DNA of 63,150 nt, counting the filler, from Octopus bimaculoides (taxonomy: Eukaryota): NCBI RefSeq assembly GCF_001194135.2. It is 7 parts of 6 records of this genome, joined end to end, with 100 filler letters (N's around TTAATTAATTAA, not from the genome) between each part and the next. Parts side by side here need not be neighbours in the genome. Positions count along the whole stretch, not along the records: positions 1 to 16,293 come from NC_068984.1; 6 more parts are not named here. One strand, 5' to 3'. The notes beneath the pieces were generated by a model that saw only the letters and a list, made by a program, of their open reading frames with translations, was not told the DNA's origin and did not search any database. Numbering within the stretch: the first letter of the stretch is position 1; each line of letters begins with the position of its first letter. Positions 1 to 12,113 of the stretch are shown here, piece by piece. The translations under genes and the position numbers were made by a program.

Positions 1-87
1 TATATATATATATATATATATATTTATGTACATAAATATATATGTGTGTGTGTGTGTGTGTGTGCGTGTGTGTATGTATCTATGTAT

Positions 88-298
88 ATCGTAACATAAT
101 TGCAGACCAAGTGTGCCGTCGTATACGGGACAGTGCTATTGGTGTCTATAGCCCCAGGAAAACATCTGTTCCACCTGGCTAACGATAAAAATTCTGTGTC
201 GTTAGCCAGCTGGGAAAGATGTCTTCCTGGGGCTATAAACACCAGTAGCACTGTCCCATATACGACGCATCACTTGGTTGGCACTCATATGTTACGAT
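88..298. mobile_element. Fold-back / MITE-like palindrome
   Basis: Arms 88-185 and 199-298 are near-perfect reverse complements (gggacagtgcta/tagcactgtccc, tatagccccaggaa/ttcctggggctata, ctggctaacga/tcgttagccag) with a 13-nt loop. A diverged half-copy lies at ~2665-2735. Confidence 0.8.
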
Positions 299-532
299 TC
301 CGTATGGCTATTGTTTACATCTCGCTCAAAGATTTCATATCGCTATATGTATATAAAAATATACATATATATATGTGTGTGTGTACATATATATGTATGT
401 ATGCATGTATATATGTGTTTTTATATATATATGTGTGTGTGTACATATATATGTAAATATATGTGTGTGTATATTCATAGATGTATATGTAGAGATGTAT
501 ATACATATATAGATTTATATATATATCTATAA

Positions 533-575
<43 letters not shown>

Positions 576-1080
576 NNNNNNNNNNNNNNNNNNNNNNNNN
601 NNNNNNNNNNNNNNNNNNNNNNNNNNNNNNNNNNNNNNNNNNNNNNNNNNNNNNNNNNNNNNNNNNNNNNNNNNNNNNNNNNNNNNNNNNNNNNNNNNNN
701 NNNNNNNNNNNNNNNNNNNNNNNNNNNNNNNNNNNNNNNNNNNNNNNNNNNNNNNNNNNNNNNNNNNNNNNNNNNNNNNNNNNNNNNNNNNNNNNNNNNN
801 NNNNNNNNNNNNNNNNNNNNNNNNNNNNNNNNNNNNNNNNNNNNNNNNNNNNNNNNNNNNNNNNNNNNNNNNNNNNNNNNNNNNNNNNNNNNNNNNNNNN
901 NNNNNNNNNNNNNNNNNNNNNNNNNNNNNNNNNNNNNNNNNNNNNNNNNNNNNNNNNNNNNNNNNNNNNNNNNNNNNNNNNNNNNNNNNNNNNNNNNNNN
1001 NNNNNNNNNNNNNNNNNNNNNNNNNNNNNNNNNNNNNNNNNNNNNNNNNNNNNNNNNNNNNNNNNNNNNNNNNNNNNNNN

Positions 1081-2485
1081 TGTGTGTGTGTGTGTCTGTG
1101 TTTGTCCATCCAGCATCGCTTGACAACCGATGCTGATGTGTTTACGTTCCCGGTGCACGATAGGATAAGTACTAGTCTTACAAAGAATAAGTCCTGGGGT
1201 CGATTTGCTCGACTAAAGGCGGTGCTCCAGCATGGCTGCAGTCAAATGACTGAAACAAGTAAAAGAGTAAAGAGTATATACATACATATATGTATATATA
1301 TATGCATATATAGACATACATATATGTACATATATAAATATATATTGTGTATATATATGTATATATGTATACATGTATATTTATCTGCATGTATATATAT
1401 ATATACATACATGTATATATATATGTACGCCTGTGTTAGAATGGGGGTAGCTGATGAAGGAAAATGTTCTCTATGTGGCCTGTGTGTGTTCTGTACTCTG
1501 GTTATTATTATTTTTTTGTCTACGTCTTGTTTGCAATGCCTTGTACCCAGATATGCACCTATATATACAGGTAGACGTAGGTATGCACATACCTGTACGT
1601 ATATATGCATATACTCGTTTATTATTTGTTTTATATATATATCCATGCATATATATAAGTATATAAATGCGTGTATATATTTAGATATATATACATATAT
1701 ATATATTTATATATATGCATATGTATATATATATGTATATATATAGATATATGTATATATCATATATATGTATAAATATACGTGTGTGTGTACCTCCACC
1801 ATCGCTTGACAACCGATGCTGCTGTTTTTACGTCGCCGTAAAATATGTACTTGTCTTTCAAAGAATAAATCATAGTGTCCATTTCTTCGACTAAAGGTGT
1901 GCTCCAGCATGTCTGCTGTTACATGACTGAAACCATTAAAACAATACAACTTTATGCCATTTTTATCCTGAGACATGCCGTGTATCTCTGCTTCCCACCC
2001 CATTCCGTACATTCCACTCCCATATATTCCACCCTCAACCCAACTCACACCCGTCCAATGCTTCCCCCAGTATCGCCTCCCCCACATTGCAACACCAACA
2101 CACCACACCACACACCACTAAACCACACACCACCACACCACACACCACCATGCTACATCACATCACACCATCCCGCACACACTAGCTCTGACAATTTCCC
2201 AGCACCCACAGCATCATCTACACACGCACACGTCAAGGTCACCAGCCCTTATCCATACCACCTACACGCTCTAACATACACACGCACACGCACCTTTGTT
2301 TTGGGATCACCACTACGTTTTTTTCTCCCCTTCTTCCTAGCTTTCCTCTCTGGTGTTCCTTTCTGTTGAAGAGCGTGGGCTCGAAAAGTAAAAGACTTTC
2401 TCACTTCCCGAGCGTTGAACTAATACATCTGTTTGTTGTTTACACACCTGTCTTTGTTTTTTGCTTTGTAAATTCCAACCAGATG

Positions 2486-2568
<83 letters not shown>

Positions 2569-2937
2569 GTGTGTGCATACTAGCAGAAATACACATAAAT
2601 TTATATATATATATTAATATATCGTGAAGTACATTTGCCACCTAAATGTGGATGACCGATATGAGACGATGCTACTGTAGTTTATAGCCAGAAGACAGCT
2701 CCTCCAGCTAGCTAATGACACACTGTCTGTGCCAGATCAGTATTTGCGAAGGGAAATCATCGTTCCCATCAGTAGCCTGAAGTGTGACACACGGACCCGT
2801 TTTCTTGGCAGGTACCCGTCATGAGACAGAGAGAATAAGTACTTGGTTTCCAAAGAATAAGTCCTGGGGTCGATTTGCTCGACTAAAGGCGGTGCTCCAG
2901 CATGGCCGCAGTCAAATAACTGAAACATGCAAAAGAA
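1081..2937 (+). mobile_element. Three 3'-half copies of SINE family 1 (1081-1275, 1783-1950, 2826-2937)
   Basis: aagaataagtcctggggtcgatttgctcgactaaaggcggtgctccagcatgg motif recurs. Confidence 0.85.
1960..2300. repeat. Cryptic C/A-rich (CACAC/CAC) low-complexity tract
   Basis: Direct reading; G is scarce on the + strand. Confidence 0.8.
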
Positions 2938-2960
2938 TATATATATATATATATATATAA

Positions 2961-3007
<47 letters not shown>

Positions 3008-3229
3008 TACACAGGGTGTTGCAAAAGTAAGTATAAAGTTATGAAGAAAGAAAACACGTACAATACTCATTTATTTTTGTCAAAAAATTTAACGTTACGA
3101 TAAAAGTATTATGATTAATGACACTGAAAATGTCAAAAATGAGGCTAACTAATTTCATGTGCTAATAATTTTAATGAAATAAGTATTATAACTTATATAT
3201 GAGAAGTTTGCCACGGAAATTCAGCTGCT

Positions 3230-3650
3230 AGCTCCTCCTTATTACACCAGTAATGACCAATAAATCTTGGCCTTCTGTAATATATGAGATGTCTTGGTAT
3301 AACTTTGTTATTCATATATTGAGCTCATATTTTGAATAGACTGAACTATTGTGGTGTATGTGCCATTGAGAGTTTTATTATAGGGTAGCTATAAATGCCC
3401 ATGTTATCGAACTATAAACTAAAATTGATTCAGCTGCTGCTCTGAAGAAGTCTATTTTAGTTTTTCGGAGTTCCATAGTTTATCCAGACAGTTAATCACA
3501 CTGCATGCTTTGTTAATCCTGATTTCCATATCAGGGTTAACATATTAAGAATATGGAGGTATGACTTCCAAAGTATTTGAAGTTCTATACTTTTGGGATC
3601 ACTTCTCCATTCAGAGAGTGCGAGGTTTCCCTTTCACACCCTAACACAGA
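3230..3650 (-). mobile_element. RTE-clade LINE RT C-terminal remnant
   Basis: Broken frame ..NFKYFGS..MEIRINKA..LDKLWNSEKLK..FFRAAAESILVY... Confidence 0.7.
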
Positions 3651-3654
3651 TACC

Positions 3655-3695
<41 letters not shown>

Positions 3696-4881
3696 ATGTA
3701 TGATTAATATTTCAGTGTATGGAGGTTATAACTTAATCACTTTCTGCCTGCGTTCTCCTTCGCACGCACACACGCACGCACATTCATATCGAATTATTGC
3801 CATAAATGAAAATGACAATAAAATTACTATTTCGATCCTGATTATACTAGAAACCTACAATCACTATGATTCTTTTTCTCTCCGAAATTGTCAATTGTTC
3901 CGAAAACAGATGCTAACGCCTAAGTTAAGAGCAGAAGGAAATAAGGAACACAGACGACATTACTACATTAATACAGTAGGTGCTTTCCACTTCCTCGTTC
4001 ATTGCCTGTTCCTCGTTCCGTCAATATTGTGAAATCGGAAGCACATCTAGCTGAAATACTTGTAGTCTACCCTCAACATATTATGTAAACAATTGCTGTT
4101 TTCCGTCTAAGCGAACATGTCAACGAATGTGAACGGAAACAGTTTCCGTTTTCCCACCGTTTGCTGAGAGAAACAATTAATTCATATTTCTCCATAAATT
4201 CTCCCACGGTTTTACATTTATTAATTTCTTGTTTCATCAACTAGACAATTCTTTGTTTCGTCTTCCGGTGAATATTTCGCAATAAAATCCATTTAAGTAA
4301 TCTGTTCCGTAGTTCACTAAACTATTTGGAGTAGTTAGGATTAGCCTTGTACATATTTGGAGATGAATGAGTGAAAATATTCTGTAAGAAACAGCTTTCA
4401 ATATGTATTTTTTAAATGAGCAAAAATTAAATAATACATAATTCAATGCCATGTTACGGATTTATTTTGTTCTGAAAAATATTTCCTATAATATTTTGAT
4501 AAAATGTGGGTATATTCCAATATAAGGTTTGCCCTTAAAATCTATTTAGTTAGAAAAGCACATTTAATACAGAATCTAGGAATGTCTTATTCTAATTGAC
4601 CTTTCAAGAACTTTCTTTTGCAGTACATGATGATGAATAACAATTAACATAGTTCATATAAGTTCAGTAAGGATTCTATATCTGCTGAATACCATGCTTA
4701 GACAAAATTAAATATACCTAAGAAATATATTTGAACTACTCCTGTATTTGTCTTAGAATTCTAACGAACTACCTGTCCCCAACTTCTCTCTACACTAACA
4801 ACAATATGTGCATACAACACCATGTCTCATCCTCTCTAGCTCGTCTCTATAAAACGACATTCCCACCCGACCCCTAAATAT

Positions 4882-4982
4882 TTCTTCTTCTTCTTCTTCT
4901 TCTTCTTCTTCTTCTTTTTCTTCTTCTTCTTCTTCTTCTTCTTCTTCTTCTTCTTCTTCTTCTTCTTCTTCTTCTTCTTCTT
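4882..4982. repeat. (TTC)n microsatellite
   Basis: Direct reading; runs into a gap. Confidence 0.95.
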
Positions 4983-5312
4983 NNNNNNNNNNNNNNNNNN
5001 NNNNNNNNNNNNNNNNNNNNNNNNNNNNNNNNNNNNNNNNNNNNNNNNNNNNNNNNNNNNNNNNNNNNNNNNNNNNNNNNNNNNNNNNNNNNNNNNNNNN
5101 NNNNNNNNNNNNNNNNNNNNNNNNNNNNNNNNNNNNNNNNNNNNNNNNNNNNNNNNNNNNNNNNNNNNNNNNNNNNNNNNNNNNNNNNNNNNNNNNNNNN
5201 NNNNNNNNNNNNNNNNNNNNNNNNNNNNNNNNNNNNNNNNNNNNNNNNNNNNNNNNNNNNNNNNNNNNNNNNNNNNNNNNNNNNNNNNNNNNNNNNNNNN
5301 NNNNNNNNNNNN

Positions 5313-5370
<58 letters not shown>

Positions 5371-6311
5371 CACATATACATGTGGGAATATATGAGTATG
5401 TTGCTCGACATGTATTGGTATGTGTAATTAGACGTTAGTTACCTAGATTGTTCATGAAATGATAGAAGACTTTTGATGAGATTTCAATACTTTTTTAACG
5501 TTCGGAATCTGTCTGGCGGTTTGCTAACTGCGTGTTGCCTCGCCATCAGCTTTACTAAAAGTACACCTTACTAAACGGCTAGCCATTTTAAACATATTTA
5601 GCTTTAACCACCAGTAAATTACTCTTACAAGGCTGGACTATTTAGAATTCGTTTGAGAGTATTTGATGCATATGTGTATGTATGTGTGTGTGTATGTGTA
5701 TGTGTGTGTGTTTGTGTGCGTGCTTGTATATTATGTTCGCGTGCATGATAAGGTAAGTTGTATTCAGCTATAACACTAGTCTATTAAATGGTCGATGAGA
5801 GATAATATCTAAATTGAGGGAAAAAATATTTTATGAGAAAATGCTAAGGTGTAAATATTAATAATAAATGTTTTCTTTAAATATGCATCATACTTCTTAA
5901 TTTACGTTTTAAAGAATATGACTCAATTAGTAATTAATGTATGATAAGCGTTAATAATCACAAGGAAAAAGAAGACATGAATATGAACGTATGATGCAGC
6001 AAGAACCATAGCTGCACAAAGTATCACGTAATTAGATAAGAGTAACATAAACAAGTTAAAATGAATTTTGTACTTAAACCTTATTGAAACTTCAAGATAT
6101 ATCGTTTCGTCTGAAAGATAAATAGAGTGTATGAAATATACTTGTTTGAGAATAAATATAATATATAAAAGGGTGATGAGAGTAACAGCAACAATACTGA
6201 CTGTAATAATTTTAAGCAGGACGCTGCGAAATAGTATAAGATAAAGAAATGAGGAGAAGGTGGGGAAAATGTGCCATGAGGAGATGGTGGGCGGATTTAT
6301 GAATATTCTTT

Positions 6312-6665
6312 CACTTGTTTTAGTCATTTCATTGCAGCCATGCTGAAGTACTGCATTGAGAGATTTTAGTCGAACAAATCGCCCCCAGGACTTAGTTTTT
6401 AAGCCTTGTACTTATTCTATTAGTCTCTTTTGCTGATCCGCTAAGTTACGGAGACGTAAACACCTCAACAGTGGTTATCAAGCTGTGATGGGGCGACAAA
6501 TATAGACTGAAACACCCCCACACACATATATATACGACGGGCTTCTTTCAGAAGGATTTGGTTGACGGGAGGCTATATAATAGAAGACACTTGCCCAAGG
6601 TGCCATGCAATGTGACTAAACCCGAAAACATGCGGTTGGGAAGCAAGCTTTTTACAACACAGTCA
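6312..6665 (-). mobile_element. SINE family 1 copy
   Basis: Reverse complement of the 28086-28497 motifs. Confidence 0.85.
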
Positions 6666-6668
6666 CAC

Positions 6669-6795
6669 TTAATATGTTAACCTTGATATGGAAATCAGGA
6701 TTAACAAAGCATTCAATGTGCTTAACTGTCTGGATAAACTATGGAACCCCGAAAAACTAAAATAGACTACTTCAGAGCAGCAGCTGAATCAATTA
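6669..6795 (+). repeat. Inverted near-identical copy of 3424-3549 (RTE fragment)
   Basis: About 126 bp with only a handful of substitutions relative to the reverse complement of 3424-3549. Confidence 0.9.
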
Positions 6796-7033
6796 TTATA
6801 TATATATATATATATCCAAGGAAAAAAACAATTTCCTTCAAAGTAATGGAAAGCATCTAATTTTCACGGGTTTTTCAGTTAAATACCTCCTAATTTATTA
6901 ATTTATAAGAATCATTGATAAGCAAAAATTGTTGAAACCAGTTTTGCATCTGAATAAGTCTATTACAAAATTTAAAAACGACTACACGTTTTGAGATTCA
7001 GGTGCATTTTCAAACCCCCAAACAAATTCTCCT

Positions 7034-7122
<89 letters not shown>

Positions 7123-7974
7123 TACATCCATATATATAAAGACACACGCACACACATCGTTTATGTGTTATACAGAATAAACGGGTGAAAAATTAAGATA
7201 CTAAGCCATGTAGTATCCAATATATCTATTCATTCATTGTTTTGATATGTTTATATCAATGTTTATATCAATGATACGTGTGTGTATATATGCATGTATA
7301 AGTATGTATATATGAGGGCATATTAAAAGGCAAGAAACTTAATACACTACTAAATACTGAAGGGAGCATGCTATTTATAATCTTTTCAGACGACACATCA
7401 TATTTGGTCATACAAAATTCATATTTCTGATTGTCAAACAGGATTCGAATGCGGTATAAATGATCGCAACATATGATGAAGTGCTCAGAGATAGGCTTCT
7501 GGGTGGGGTAAAAAAGGGAAAAGATAGCAAGTAAGAAAAATTAGAATAGAGAAAGATATTTAATTTCCTTTCTTTTAATTTATTTTCTTATCTACGCCGA
7601 ATGGCAAAGAAGTTCGCTTTGCAATAATGAGATCCGGGGTTCCATCCCATTTCATTTTGGTCAAGTGTAATCTGTCCTATTTTCAGGTCAAGCCAAGGCT
7701 TGTAAGTGCATGTGTATAGGCAGAAATTGTGCAGAAGCCCGCCGGATGAATAGTATCTGTATTTCAAAGAATCAGCCATGCCACACACTCTTTGACTCTG
7801 ATTAGGCGGGAGAACTTTGTCAGGTCATAGTACCTGTGGAAGTGAATTCTGGCCCGCTTGCATACTAATTCAACGAGCAGGTAGCTCGGTTGAGCGAACA
7901 ACTGAATAGTGATTGTGTCCGTTGAGCAAACAACTAAATAATGCTTACGGAAACTGACATTTATCCATTTGCAT

Positions 7975-8029
<55 letters not shown>

Positions 8030-8074
8030 TAATTATTTATATTTCAATGGCCTTATTTAGAAATAATATCTGTA

Positions 8075-8690
8075 AAAGGTGCAGGCGTGGCTGTGTGGTA
8101 AGAAACTTGCTTCCCAACCACATGGTTCCGGATTTACTCCCACTATGTGGCACCTTGGGCAAGTGCCTTCTACTATAGCAATANNNNNNNNNNNNNNNNN
8201 NNNNNNNNNNNNNNNNNNNNNNNNNNNNNNNNNNNNNNNNNNNNNNNNNNNNNNNNNNNNNNNNNNNNNNNNNNNNNNNNNNNNNNNNNNNNNNNNNNNN
8301 NNNNNNNNNNNNNNNNNNNNNNNNNNNNNNNNNNNNNNNNNNNNNNNNNNNNNNNNNNNNNNNNNNNNNNNNNNNNNNNNNNNNNNNNNNNNNNNNNNNN
8401 NNNNNNNNNNNNNNNNNNNNNNNNNNNNNNNATATATATATATATATATATATATACGTATGTATGTGTGAGTGTCTTTGTGTCTATGTTTTTCCTCTAC
8501 CACCACTTGACAACCAGTGTCGGTGTGTTTACGTCCCCGTAACCTAGCGTTTCAGCCAACGTGACAGATAGAATAAGTACCAGGCTTAAAAAGAAAATAA
8601 GTACTGGGATCGATTAGTTAGACAGAAATTGCTGAATGCGGGTCCCCTTCATGACCGCAGTTTAATGACTGAAACAAGTAAAAGATAAAA
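8075..8690 (+). mobile_element. SINE family 1 copy spanning a gap
   Basis: Head 8075-8183; body and tail 8432-8690. Confidence 0.85.
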
Positions 8691-10014
8691 CCAACAAATG
8701 CCGCATCTTACACAAACTTGGTCATAGCTTATGCAATAACCCAAATATATTAAAAATGCAGACAAAGGTATGACTTAACTTTCATAAATATCTATTACTC
8801 ACTAGAAATAATACATGGATAGTCATGTGTCGATTAACTAAATTATTTCAAAAACGTTTCATGATAATATAAAGAGTATCATTCGTTTTACGACGGAGTA
8901 TCGTAAAAAGCAACTACATTTTAGATGTTTTATTCATTTGCAAAGACGTGTACATCGAAACCAATTTTAAAACACTTACTTTAAAACAAGAGACTCAAGT
9001 TATATTTTGTTACTTAGTTCTAGCGATTTAAAACATACAAAGTTCAATACAGTATAATTGGGCAAGAATTTGTATAATTGTATCCATTTTATCAATTCGG
9101 GCTAAAAGAGCTAAAGAATTAATGAAGCACAACTACTTTACTATAAAATCACTCTTATGAATAGTAAAATACACAGAGAAGCAGAGAGCAATGTCACAGC
9201 CTCTTCTACAGTTATCATGACTATCTGCAACAAACAAGCAACTGTCGCCATTTCTAACAGTAAATATCGCCTCTACCACCACCAGTAAATATACGACTGT
9301 ACCGAAGCATAACAAGTACATTATGAACATTTAAATTTACGAAAAGATTGTCTTCGTTCAACTTTTGCATTTGTTAAATTACAGGTTGCTTGTAAAAATA
9401 TAACAAAATTAACTGCTGAAAATGCATATGCAGCATTCAACACGTATAGCCACCTTAACAGCAGAATGTACATTAAACTTCCAGAAGAAGAAAGTGTGGA
9501 TTTGGAAAATTATGTATCGTAACAGAATTCTTCATTTTCGCATCAAGGAATTTCTGTTATTAAATGCTACGGCTTAAATAAAGATTACATAGGACAAATA
9601 GGAATACATTTTAGGTAGAAGTGTGACTGCATAAGATGTGTTCAAGGAGTTGGGTATTCTACCATATAAGAGCAATTTCATTAACTTCTAGATTTATGGT
9701 CATGCATGTGTTGGTACCTAACTGTTATGTGTTAGTAATTTTGTGGATAAATAGTAACTTAAATGTATTTTTGTCTACGTTGCTCCGTAATCACAGACAA
9801 GCCTGGGATCTTTTCCCTTTGAACGGCACATCGAGAAATTAATTATTCGTAACTAAACACTTTCAAACTTCGGACACTGGTAGAATGTGTCATATAAAAC
9901 AACTTTTACTCTTAGTGTTGTTGAGAAAAGTATATATTTTTAAAATTATTTCGTGTTAAAGTTATTGTATTTCGGTAATTTCAACCAATCAATGGCGTGT
10001 ATTCAGCTGAATAA

Positions 10015-10665
10015 AATTACTGCCGTTGTTTGTCAAAAACAACTATCGGCGGTGTATATTTCGTTTGTCACTGTTATTTATGACATCGTTCGTGCGTTTG
10101 TACTGGTTTTAGCTTTAGGGTTTTAGGGTTAGGGTTAGGGTTCGGGTTCGGGTTTTAGAGTTAGGATTTGGGTTAGGGTTTTAGGGTTAGGTTAGGGTTT
10201 TAGAGTTAGTGTTAGGGTTTTAGGGTTAGGTTAGGGTTAAGGTTTTAGGGCTAGGGTTAGGGTTTTAGGATTAGGGTTAGGGTTTTAGAGTTAGGGTTAG
10301 GGTTTGGGTTGGGGTTTTATGGTTAGGGCTGGGGTTTTATGGTTAGGGTTGGGGTTTTATGGTTAGGGTTGGGGTTTTATGGTTAGGGTTGGGATTTTAG
10401 GGTTAGAGTTACGGAAAAATGTGAAAAACGAATTGGAGGGGAGGAGGGGAGGAAGTCTTTCCGAAAATAGTAGCTGAAAAACAAGAAAAAAAAAACCTAA
10501 AAGCAGTAGAAATGCACAAACGATTGTTGTGGTACCATGAAGTAAACATGCTTCAGATACACTCGTTTATTCATGCAAACGTAACTGAGATGAAATATGT
10601 CATAAATAACAGTGACAAGCGAAATATACACCACCGGAAGTTGTTGACAAACAACAGCAGTAATT
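10015..10665. mobile_element. Inverted-repeat cassette enclosing an interstitial telomere-like array (putative non-autonomous DNA element)
   Basis: Left arm 10015-10086 (aattactgccgttgtttgtca..gtcactgttatttatgacat) matches the reverse complement of right arm 10597-10665. Confidence 0.7.
10109..10410 (+). repeat. Interstitial TTAGGG-variant array
   Basis: TTAGGG, TTTTAGGG, TTCGGG and TTAGAG units, ending in about four copies of a 20-mer ggttagggttggggttttat. Confidence 0.95.
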
Positions 10666-10759
10666 GTTTTCACCTCAAGCGAAGCGTCTCTTGGATTCGT
10701 GACCGCTATATCATATGACACTTCGAAGGCTATGCACTTGCAATCTAAAAACAGGAAAT

Positions 10760-11390
10760 TGCTATTGAATACCTAATAAATAAAGAGACAGTGAAACCTA
10801 TGGAGTTCCAAGATGCAACCGAAAATGTATGTTATGTCATATTTTTGTGGAAGACATCACACAGCTGGCAAAAAATGTCATAAAGGTAGTACTTCCCTTT
10901 GCGACACAATATTGTCGCAAAAACAATATACAATGCCATCCAGAAAAAAGAATGTCCTAGAATAAATATAGAGAATCTCCGTTATTGAATACGTACTCAA
11001 GCATCAACACAAGGAATACTCTCACCAAAACAGCTGTCAAGTGTAAGCATAATGGTTCGGATATTGTTGTTTGGGAAAGACAAGAAAATATACCGTCATA
11101 GAGGTCAGCTGCCCTACTGATGTGAATGTCTCTTTGAAAATCAAAGTAAAAGATGATAACTGTAGACAACATCTTTAAAACTCCCAGCTTCCCTAGCCAG
11201 ATTACAAATTTACATTTATACTAAATAATAACTGGTGCACTTGTTTTCACGAGTAAATGCCTAGCTAACAATCTGGATAAGCTTAGATTTTCAGAAAAAG
11301 AAATCAACCAACTATCTTGCGCATGACAAATATAGTCTGTAAGTGAACAGTAAAAATATGCAAGACTTTTCTCAAGTTTAAAATGTGGAA
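10760..11390 (+). mobile_element. 3' remnant of an RLE-type non-LTR retrotransposon (zinc-knuckle and restriction-like endonuclease); family distinct from the TAA-associated copies
   Basis: Broken translation ..LPLRHNIVAKTIYNAI..KCKHNGSDIVVW..VIEVSCPTDVNVSLKIK..PDYKFTF..GAL..CKTFLKFKM. Confidence 0.7.
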
Positions 11391-12113
11391 TTACTATCGC
11401 TATCTACATTTCAAAGATGGAGCTTTGTATCTTTGTTAGAAACTAGCTCCTTCACAAGAGAAAGAATTAAAAATAAGAACAAAAGATAACACACACACAC
11501 ATATATGTATATATGCCCAGCGCTGTCCCCTTATCGGATTCCCAGACGTATTCGTAGCTCTTTACTTGTTATCAATGGGAAATACCGAAGAGAAATAACA
11601 CTGGACAGATTTTAAAGCTTTAACTCAAACACGGTCAACAACATTGACTGAGTTGCGCTATTAGACCGCCAGATCGGAAGAAATTCACTAGTATCAGCTT
11701 CAAGCAGTGTTTAAGCATAAGCGAACTTTAAGTTAGTTAAAATATATTTGTGACATATTTCCGCCTCTGAAAGCAAATTCACTGTAGCTGCCCTGGAGAA
11801 AAAAGAATTCTTTGTTAAGGCAAAAGGTGTAAAATTCCCATTGATAGAGGGTTAAAGAGTGAGAAACACGGATGAGAATCCGATAGGAGGAAGCACTGGG
11901 CAGATATAATGTGTTTTTTTATGACATCTTTTACCAGGAGAGAATTTTTTTCTTTGAGTAAAGAAATCTGGTACGGTAAATATATTAGTGGTGGGGGACA
12001 TGGTGCCCCCCCCCATATGATTTACTTTAATGGGTATTTTCATGTAACCCTGGATCTAACAAGTCAGAAAATCGAAGCTTCCAGAAAAAAAGACTGGAAT
12101 AAAAGATACCCCT

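Noticed and set aside
10109-10410. TTAGGG array as a true telomere, fusion scar or CRISPR-like array
   Set aside because: It is short, degenerate, single-orientation, flanked by ordinary sequence on both sides and has no spacers.
10760-11390. RLE retrotransposon as a telomere-targeting element because it lies beside the TTAGGG array
   Set aside because: It is separated from the array by ~350 bp including the right inverted arm, so there is no direct junction with TTAGGG.
11991-12015. GC hairpin (ggggg.catggtgccccc) upstream of the Academ ORF as a Helitron end or element terminus
   Set aside because: No CTRR end nearby and no matching TIR found after 15535; unassigned.
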